Shown here: piece after piece, positions 57,417 to 64,000 of the stretch
Numbering within the stretch: the first letter of the stretch is position 1
How the letters are laid out: each line of letters begins with the position of its first letter
Assembly (NCBI GenBank): GCA_041640595.1
Contig: JBEPZY010000001.1
Location: 768,001-832,000, forward strand
Direction: 5' to 3'
Source: Gemmatales bacterium
GTDB taxonomy: Bacteria > Planctomycetota > Planctomycetia > Gemmatales > HRBIN36
Length of the DNA stretch: 64,000 nucleotides
Position numbers and translations under genes: made by a program
Notes under the pieces: generated by a model
Told to the model about the DNA's origin: nothing
The model's input: only the letters and a program-made list of their open reading frames with translations
The model's database searches: none

Positions 57417-58520
57417 ATGTTGCTCAACATTCTTCGCGGTGTTTTTGTGGCCATGGTCATGGGCGTGGCCACTGCTTTAGCCATGCACTCTTCGAGCTGG
57501 TTTTCAGAGGACAGCTGGTGGGTTCAGAATCTCGGGCAGTTCGGACAATTAGTGGGACCCTACCTGGTATTTGCTGCGGTGATGCTGGTGGGGCTGGCAG
57601 TTGTCGCGCTCGATATGTTTACGCCAAAGAAGGACATCACGACCTTTTCAGCAATCTATCTCGGCTTGCTGGTGGGGCTGTCGCTGGCGTATTTGCTAAG
57701 CGCTGGTCTTCGCCCGATTCTGGAACCGAGCCTGAACCAGCAGATCTGGGGTCTGGCTCAACTGTTCCTGGCCTTTTTGTTCTGCTACCTGTGCGTGAGC
57801 ACGTTATTGCAAACCAAAAACGACTTTCGCTTTATTATCCCTTATGTCGAGTTTAGCAGGCAGATCAAAGGCCCAAAGCCGCTTTTGCTGGACACGAGTG
57901 TCATCATAGATGGGCGCATTGCCGATATAGCCGATACCCGCATCATGGATTGCAAACTGATCGTGCCGCGCTTCGTGTTGCGGGAACTGCAAAACATTGC
58001 CGACGCCAGTGATCCGGTACGGCGCCGACGGGGCAGGCGCGGCCTGGATATATTGAAACGCCTGCAGAACAATCCTCACGTCGAAGTCGAGGTGCTGGAA
58101 AATGATCCGCCCGAGCTGTCCAACCTCGACGACGTGGATCAGCGATTGGTGCGCTTAGCCAAGCTCTTCGGAGCCCGCATCATCACCACCGACTTCAGCC
58201 TCAACAAACTGGCTCAGGTCGAAGGTGTCGAAGTGGTGAACATGAACGACCTGGCGAACGCGGTACGGATCGCGGCCTTGCCAGGCGAAACTCTGCACAT
58301 ACGCCTGGTGCGTCCAGGTGAGCAACCCGGACAGGCTGTCGGCTGGCTGGAAGATGGAACTATGGTCGTGGCCGAACAGGGACGCTCTTACATCGGTCAG
58401 GAGGTGGCGATCACCGTGACCAGCGTACACCAGAGCCCTGCCGGTCGGATGATCTTTGGCCGGGTCGAACGCCCGACCCCTGCACCGCCGCCACCAGCCC
58501 CGGCTTCCAGCTCCAGCTAA
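57417..58520 (+). CDS. Membrane-anchored PIN/TRAM domain protein (YacL-like)
   Basis: AAGGAGG RBS and four N-terminal TM helices. LLDTSVIIDGRI, RGRRGLDIL, GWLEDGTMVV, QSPAGRMIF. Confidence 0.92.
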   Translation: MLLNILRGVFVAMVMGVATALAMHSSSWFSEDSWWVQNLGQFGQLVGPYLVFAAVMLVGLAVVALDMFTPKKDITTFSAIYLGLLVGLSLAYLLSAGLRPILEPSLNQQIWGLAQLFLAFLFCYLCVSTLLQTKNDFRFIIPYVEFSRQIKGPKPLLLDTSVIIDGRIADIADTRIMDCKLIVPRFVLRELQNIADASDPVRRRRGRRGLDILKRLQNNPHVEVEVLENDPPELSNLDDVDQRLVRLAKLFGARIITTDFSLNKLAQVEGVEVVNMNDLANAVRIAALPGETLHIRLVRPGEQPGQAVGWLEDGTMVVAEQGRSYIGQEVAITVTSVHQSPAGRMIFGRVERPTPAPPPPAPASSSS

Positions 58521-58589
58521 CCGCTGCCGGAGCGGTCTTCCTGCATTTGCTGCTTTGAAGCCGTTGCGAACCAGGCACGGAGGCTCGCT

Positions 58590-59333
58590 ATGAACACAGC
58601 CCGCTTCGCTTCGATCTGTGCAACTTTGGTCAGCTGCGCTGCGACGATGTTGACGACGGTAAGCGTTGCTCAGGATAAGCAGACCATTGGCAAGCCCAAC
58701 CTTCCCCAGAATGAAATGCCGCTCGTGGAAAAAGTAATCGCAGCTCGCAAACAGTACCAGCAAGCTCTCGAACAGCTTCGCGAGTACTATGTCCGAACCG
58801 GCGACGTGGAGCGTCAGCAGTGGGTCGAGGAAGAGTTGATCGGTTTTCATCGCATCACCAAACGGGCTTACCTTCTGGAGCTGGATGTCCCGCCCCCCAC
58901 GCTGAAACCGGAGTTCAACATTCCAGAGGCGAACGAATTATTCCGGCGTGCCCTGCTCTATAAAGGACGGGGTTACGGTCAGGAATACGAGGACAATATG
59001 CGGCGGGCGGAACTGTTGCTGCAACAACTTCTGACTTACTATCCGCAGAGCGACAAAATTGACGACGCGGCTTACCAGCTCGGCGAGATTTACGAGAGCC
59101 GTCCATTCCGGCAGTATCGTCGGGCGGCCTGGTATTACGAACGGTGTTTTCAGTGGAATCCCAATACCAGTAGCGATGCCCGTTTGCGAGCCGCCCGCAT
59201 CTACGACCGCATTTTGCAAGAACGAGGCAAAGCCATTCAACTCTATCGCGAAGTGATCAACCACGATGCCGACCCGCAGAGAGTGGAAGAAGCCCGCCGG
59301 CGTTTGAAAGAACTCAGCGGCAACAGTCAGTAA
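58590..59333 (+). CDS. Exported TPR-like (BamD/CpoB-like) protein
   Basis: GGAGG RBS and signal peptide. YPQSDKIDDAAYQLGEIY and DARLRAARIY helical repeats. Confidence 0.75.
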   Translation: MNTARFASICATLVSCAATMLTTVSVAQDKQTIGKPNLPQNEMPLVEKVIAARKQYQQALEQLREYYVRTGDVERQQWVEEELIGFHRITKRAYLLELDVPPPTLKPEFNIPEANELFRRALLYKGRGYGQEYEDNMRRAELLLQQLLTYYPQSDKIDDAAYQLGEIYESRPFRQYRRAAWYYERCFQWNPNTSSDARLRAARIYDRILQERGKAIQLYREVINHDADPQRVEEARRRLKELSGNSQ

Positions 59334-59348
59334 ACGCGCGGCGAAGGT

Positions 59349-59377
59349 TTGCCATCGGCCAGGCGATCGTGTATACT
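59349..59377 (+). promoter_or_regulatory. Putative sigma70 promoter of the second DUF1080 gene
   Basis: TTGCCA-17 nt-TATACT. Confidence 0.6.
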
Positions 59378-59478
59378 GCACGCTTGTTGAACCCGTAGCT
59401 TGCGAAAACAAGCTACACGTGCCCTCAGCTATAAGGACGACGTGGCCCCTGGCATTAGCACCCGAAAGGAGAACAGCG

Positions 59479-60180
59479 ATGTGGGGAAAGTACCGCAACT
59501 GGACGATGCTCCTGTTTACTTTCACCATGCCGATCGCCATTGTCTGGCCTGCATGTTCCTGCTTCCCAAGGCTGCAAGCGCAGGCAGCGGGCGAATGGGT
59601 TTCGCTTTTCAACGGGAAAGATTTGACCGGCTGGAAAGTGTATAACGGCAAGCCGGAAGTTTGGGGCGTGGAATCGGGATTGCTTTACTGTAAAGGCGGC
59701 GGTGGCGGTTGGCTCATGACTGAAAAGGAGTTTGCCGACTTTGAGTTACGGTTCGAGTTTCGGCTACCCAAAATGGGTAACAGTGGCGTGGCGTTGCGAG
59801 CGCCCCTGCAAGGCGATCCTGCTTATCAGGGAATGGAAATTCAACTCCTCGACGATGAAAATTGGAAAGGTTTACGCCCCGAACAATACTGCGGCGCGAT
59901 TTACGATGTGGTGGCTCCTAAAAAACATGCCACCAAGCCCCACGGTGAATGGAACTCGATGCACATCATTGCCGATGGCCGCAAAATCACCATCGTCCTC
60001 AACGGTGAGACCGTGGTGCAGGCCAACCTCGATGACTACAAGGATCGTGCCCAACCAGATCCCAAATCGAAAAAACGGGCTCATCCCGGCCTCCTCAACG
60101 AAAAAGGACACATCGGCTTCCAAAGTTACAACTACCGCGTTGATTTTCGCAACATTCAAATCCGTGAACTGCGCAAATAA
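59479..60180 (+). CDS. Secreted DUF1080 (3-keto-glycoside hydrolase-like) protein
   Basis: AAGGAG RBS. LFNGKDLTGW, FELRFEF, GNSGV, EIQLLD, GEWN, GHIGFQ, FRNIQIREL. Confidence 0.92.
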   Translation: MWGKYRNWTMLLFTFTMPIAIVWPACSCFPRLQAQAAGEWVSLFNGKDLTGWKVYNGKPEVWGVESGLLYCKGGGGGWLMTEKEFADFELRFEFRLPKMGNSGVALRAPLQGDPAYQGMEIQLLDDENWKGLRPEQYCGAIYDVVAPKKHATKPHGEWNSMHIIADGRKITIVLNGETVVQANLDDYKDRAQPDPKSKKRAHPGLLNEKGHIGFQSYNYRVDFRNIQIRELRK

Positions 60181-60197
60181 CAGGGGACGTCAGCGGG

Positions 60198-61676
60198 CTA
60201 AAGATTCGGAATCCACATCCGGGCGACGTTGAAATAAATGGCAATCCCGGTTACGTCCACAAACGTCGCCACGAACGGGCTGGAAGCAAAGGCGGGATCC
60301 AGCCCAACCGAGCGAAACAGAAGCGGCAGCATGGAACCGACTAAGGTTCCCCATAAACAGATGCAGGCTACAGCTAAGCCCACAATTACGCCCAAACGCC
60401 AGCCTTCTAACCGTTGCACAGTGACGAGGTCGTTCCTGACTTCCTCGGTAAAAGCCCGCTCGGTGGTATTCGCCAACGGTTCTGCTCCAGCGACTCGATT
60501 GCCAGGCCGTAAATTGAGCAGGTCGGGATTGACCCATTCGACTGCATAACTGCGAACAAAACCAATCAGCCCCAGCGTCATTCCCAGAGCCAGGCCCATG
60601 AGCAATTCATGCCGCAGCACTTTCCACCACTGTTGCACCGAAACCTGTCCTAAAGCCAGAGCACGGGTGATCAAGGTAGCAGCCTGAGAACCGGAATTGC
60701 CGCCGGTAGAAATGCACAGTGGCACAAACATTGCCAGTACCACCACCTTGGCGATTTCTTCCTCAAAGTAAGCGAGAGCCGTAAAGGTAAACATTTCCGC
60801 CACGAACAAGCACGCCAGCCAGCCGACGCGGCGACGCCAAACGTAGAAAAAGTCCGCCTCCAGGTAATTCTCGATCGGCAACAAACCGCCTCCCTTTTGT
60901 ACGTCTTCGGTGGCTGCCGAGACGACCACATCAATGACGTCGTCGTAGGTTACAATGCCGAGGAGACGCTGTTGATCGTCCACGACGGGAATAGCCAGCA
61001 AATCGTAGCGGCTTAGCTTTTGCGCAACGGATTCCCGGTCTTCGCTGGCGTGCACGGCAATGATGTCCCGTTCCATCAAGTCTTCCACCAGGCGATGCCG
61101 TGGCGCCAGAATCAGGTCGCGCAAGGAAACTACTCCGAGCAAGCGTCGCTGCTCATCCAGGACATAGACGTAGTAAATCGTCTCGCTGTCCGGCGCCTGC
61201 AGTCGCAATCGTTCCAGAGCTTCGGCCACGGTGATGCGGGCAGGGACCCAGGCATAATCAGTGGTCATTATCGCGCCGGCAGTGTTATCGGCATAGCTCT
61301 GGAGTGTGGCAATATCGCGGCGGTCAGCTTCATCTACCAGACGGAGCAAACCTTCCCGCACAGCCGGGAGCAGGCGTTGCAACAGGTCCACGCGGTCGTC
61401 ATGGGACATTTGTTCGATGAGTCGTGCCATGTGGTGCCGACCCGCCCCTTCGACCATGCGAATCTGCCATTCCGGCGGAAAGTACTCAAAGATGCGGGCT
61501 TGCGTTTTGATGTCCGTGTTCTGCAGAAACCGCCACACCTCCTCCACTTCAATTCCATCATGCAACGCTTCCGCTACGGTGGCGGGATGCAGGTCTTCGC
61601 AAAATGCCTTCATCGCGGCAACATCGTTTTCTTCGAGCATTTGCCGCACTTCTGGCGTAAAAAGCGGGTGTGCCAT
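60198..61676 (-). CDS. mgtE: Magnesium transporter MgtE
   Basis: MgtE N-domain, CBS pair (TAGAIMT, YYVYV, LLGIVTYDD), TGGNSGSQ, DPAFASSPFVATFVDVTG. Confidence 0.95.
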   Translation of the reverse strand: MAHPLFTPEVRQMLEENDVAAMKAFCEDLHPATVAEALHDGIEVEEVWRFLQNTDIKTQARIFEYFPPEWQIRMVEGAGRHHMARLIEQMSHDDRVDLLQRLLPAVREGLLRLVDEADRRDIATLQSYADNTAGAIMTTDYAWVPARITVAEALERLRLQAPDSETIYYVYVLDEQRRLLGVVSLRDLILAPRHRLVEDLMERDIIAVHASEDRESVAQKLSRYDLLAIPVVDDQQRLLGIVTYDDVIDVVVSAATEDVQKGGGLLPIENYLEADFFYVWRRRVGWLACLFVAEMFTFTALAYFEEEIAKVVVLAMFVPLCISTGGNSGSQAATLITRALALGQVSVQQWWKVLRHELLMGLALGMTLGLIGFVRSYAVEWVNPDLLNLRPGNRVAGAEPLANTTERAFTEEVRNDLVTVQRLEGWRLGVIVGLAVACICLWGTLVGSMLPLLFRSVGLDPAFASSPFVATFVDVTGIAIYFNVARMWIPNL

Positions 61677-61728
61677 GCCTCGAGCCTCCGGTACGAAAGT
61701 ATCTCCAACCGGGCAGTGCCGATTGCAC

Positions 61729-61780
61729 TATAATACGCCTGCTCACCAACCTGCAGTATCGGTTCCACCACCGGTATAAT
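61729..61780 (+). promoter_or_regulatory. Two consensus -10 hexamers upstream of infA
   Basis: TATAAT at 61729-61734 and 61775-61780. AAGGAGGTG RBS at about 61821. Confidence 0.5.
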
Positions 61781-61839
61781 GCTCTGGTCGGTTCTCAAAA
61801 AATATGGCGCCGGCGAAAGAAAGGAGGTGAACAAGGCGT

Positions 61840-62058
61840 ATGGCAAAAGAACCGGGTATTCAAGTGGAAGGCCGTGTCAAAGAAGCACTGGCCAACATGC
61901 AATTTCGCGTCGAACTCGATAATGGGCACATTGTAACCGCTCACGTCTCCGGAAAGATGCGCAAGAATTTCATCCGCATCGTTCCCGGCGACCGCGTCAC
62001 TGTGGAATTGTCGCCGTATGACCTGTCAAAAGGTCGGATTGTTTACCGCGCAAAATAG
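61840..62058 (+). CDS. infA: Translation initiation factor IF-1
   Basis: MAKE...FRVELDNGH...HVSGKMR...[22 protein letters not shown]. Confidence 0.98.
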   Translation: MAKEPGIQVEGRVKEALANMQFRVELDNGHIVTAHVSGKMRKNFIRIVPGDRVTVELSPYDLSKGRIVYRAK

Positions 62059-62124
62059 CTCCCGCCTGACCCTCCATGATCCCGCCTTTGCTCGTTTTCA
62101 GGACAAACTTGCCAGGTTGCATGT

Positions 62125-63522
62125 TCAGGGTAGCGGCACATCACGGAAACTAAACGGAATTTGCGTCGGCACTATGTCCCACTCGTAGTAAACCAGCTTC
62201 AATTGCTCGGATTTCGGTTTGCCCCCGAGAATCCGACCGATGCCGATTTTGGGGGCTGCATTGCCGTCGTCGCGGTAGAAAGTCAAGGTCCCCTCAGCAC
62301 TGTCGGCGTTAGTAGTCCAGGACATGGCGCCGCCACTATTGAGTTCGCTCCCTTTGGCATCGAAGAGTTTGATCCGCTGCGGTACACTGTGCACCCAGTT
62401 GGGATCGCGCCGGTTGGGTTCGCCCACGCGCGACACTCGTAGCCGTACCTGAACCGATTGGCCGTCATCGCGCACTTCTTCTACCTGCACCGTCGTCCCG
62501 TTTTTCTCCACACGTTTGCCTTTGGCCGAAGCAGCGTCGTCGAAGGTGATAATGGGCCTTTCCGCTGCTACCACCGTGGCATCAATCTGGCCGCGAAAGA
62601 TTTTCAGCTTGCCACCAAGGTTGCCCGGTAGCAGTTGGGCAGAAACCTGCTGCTGGTACATGCGACCGCCGCCATAGTAGTAACTGACGAACCGGTTGCC
62701 ATTATCCGGTCGGGGCATCTGGCGCGACACACCTGTATCGTCTATCGCTTCTTCAACGTGGACATCCCGCACCCCTGTGAATGCATAACGAGGTTCGATG
62801 GTGACCCGCAGACTCACATTCAGCGACTCGCTCCGTTGGATGGTTCCGCTGTTATTCCACCGAGTCGGGCCGGTCATGAACGATAGCGAGCGATTGTAGT
62901 GGAAGCCCACCACAGTTACGCGGAACGGGCCGCTTAGCGAGGTGTAGCTCGGATGCGATTCTCCTGGTTCCAGACGAATGGTTTTACCATTGGCACTGTA
63001 CCATCCCTCTACGTAGCTGACACCCGCTTTTTTGCACAAGTCATCCAGGGCTTCCCAAAAGGTAACGTTTTGCCAATCCCAGTTGTAAACGACGCGGCCT
63101 TCGGCGGTGTCTGGCATGGCGGGTAGTTCGATGCGGTAACCCGTGGCCTGACTGAGCTCACGAATTGTCTCCTGCAACGTCACGCCTTTCAATTGCAGCC
63201 GCAACCGCGTGGGCGTGAGTGTTGGGGCCGCATTGAAACGAGCCAGCAATTGTCGCAGATGGCGCTGCACGGTCGGATCGGCCTCTTTCGATAAAGCTTC
63301 CTCCAGAAACGGGATCACCTCTACGCCAAAAGAGGCCAGCTTCTCTTCAGCCTCCTCACGCACGCGAAATTCCGGCGATCCGAGCTTGCCGATCCATTTC
63401 AAAACCTCGGCCCGGTCGAGAGAAGGCTTCGCAGGGGCCGGCTTGTTCTCGTTCTGTCCGACCACCAGGCTCAAATGGACCAGTATGCCCGTTACAACCG
63501 CTACAAGAACGCTTTGACGCAT
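62125..63522 (-). CDS. Exported hypothetical protein with an N-terminal HEAT-like hairpin
   Basis: AGGAGG RBS and signal peptide. LGSPEFRVREEAEEKL; C-terminal PFSFRDVPLP. Confidence 0.75.
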   Translation of the reverse strand: MRQSVLVAVVTGILVHLSLVVGQNENKPAPAKPSLDRAEVLKWIGKLGSPEFRVREEAEEKLASFGVEVIPFLEEALSKEADPTVQRHLRQLLARFNAAPTLTPTRLRLQLKGVTLQETIRELSQATGYRIELPAMPDTAEGRVVYNWDWQNVTFWEALDDLCKKAGVSYVEGWYSANGKTIRLEPGESHPSYTSLSGPFRVTVVGFHYNRSLSFMTGPTRWNNSGTIQRSESLNVSLRVTIEPRYAFTGVRDVHVEEAIDDTGVSRQMPRPDNGNRFVSYYYGGGRMYQQQVSAQLLPGNLGGKLKIFRGQIDATVVAAERPIITFDDAASAKGKRVEKNGTTVQVEEVRDDGQSVQVRLRVSRVGEPNRRDPNWVHSVPQRIKLFDAKGSELNSGGAMSWTTNADSAEGTLTFYRDDGNAAPKIGIGRILGGKPKSEQLKLVYYEWDIVPTQIPFSFRDVPLP

Positions 63523-63724
63523 AGTCGTCCCTCCTGCTGGCTTTGCTCTTAGTATAAGGAAAGGAGCCTTCGTTTGCTACAATCTAGCCTGCGCTGGATG
63601 CGCAGGATGCTTTTGCAGCAAGTTTGCACCGGCTATCCTCGCCCTCGGACTCAGCACGACCGACACTTTGCGTAGAATCGTTACGGCCATATTCCCCACT
63701 AATTGTGACGACCAACGAACTTCC

Positions 63725-64000
63725 ATGCAACGCTCCAACCGCCCCAGGCTGCTTGTGACGCTGGGTGATGTCGCTGGCATCGGGCCGGAGATCGTGCTTC
63801 GCGGCTGGCCGGAGTTGATCCGTTTCGGTGTGCCGACCGTCGTGGGAGATGTGGCTAGCTTACGGCGGCAGGCACGCCTTTTCCGTTTGCCCTATCGCAT
63901 CGAGCCGGTAGCCCACGCCGTGAGCGATTCAGTTACGGATACCGTCATACCCTGCATTCAAGCCACCGAACGGGATTTGCAGGCGGTGGATTTCGGTCAG
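63725..64000 (+). CDS. pdxA: 4-hydroxythreonine-4-phosphate dehydrogenase, 5' part (runs off the right edge; absent from ORF track)
   Basis: Manual translation MQRSNRPRLLVTLGDVAGIGPEIV...PTVVGD matches the PdxA N-terminal TxGDxxGIGPE motif. Confidence 0.85.
   Translation, partial: MQRSNRPRLLVTLGDVAGIGPEIVLRGWPELIRFGVPTVVGDVASLRRQARLFRLPYRIEPVAHAVSDSVTDTVIPCIQATERDLQAVDFGQ

Noticed and set aside
61677..61839. M-box (Mg2+) riboswitch upstream of mgtE
   Set aside because: The 163-nt region is shared with the infA promoter and RBS, and I see no M-box consensus.
1..64000. CRISPR arrays, transposases/integrases, prophage genes, rRNA or tRNA genes
   Set aside because: By eye I found no regularly spaced repeats with spacers, no DDE or tyrosine recombinase motifs and no canonical RNA gene signatures. 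A covariance-model scan would be needed to exclude small RNAs fully.

Overview
A 64-kb, gene-dense, roughly 58-60% GC (by eye) chromosomal segment, most likely from a planctomycete (Gemmatales-like). That call rests on a TIGR03066-type small secreted protein, two DUF1080 genes, a prenyltransferase-repeat protein, an HZS-alpha-like/HEAT protein and a double-length UvrA. Most of the window is housekeeping (bioA, purN, Glu/Leu/Phe/Val dehydrogenase, pepA, accA, fpr-like, uvrA, mutS2-like, dgt, mgtE, infA, partial pdxA), mixed with secreted repeat proteins, a His-rich metal-transport cluster and an ECF sigma/anti-sigma pair. The ORF track misses two edge genes: an alpha-2-macroglobulin-like gene (1..2964, minus) and pdxA (63725..end, plus). 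The best lead is a hidden probable selenoprotein at 36716..37084 (minus). The 68-aa ORF ends in a TGA, the frame stays open for 53 more codons, and a perfect 17-nt hairpin begins 11 nt after the TGA, matching bacterial SECIS geometry. It sits at the head of an apparent operon with a Gfo/Idh/MocA dehydrogenase and a class III aminotransferase. Other leads are a rod-like hairpin at 37361..37478, a structured leader at 14004..14105, an Smr-less MutS2 with a Walker-B E-to-D change, an orphan CbiM, and a tandem-duplicated C-terminal module on UvrA. I found no rRNA, tRNA, CRISPR array or transposase. All family assignments come from motif recognition by eye; no searches were run.
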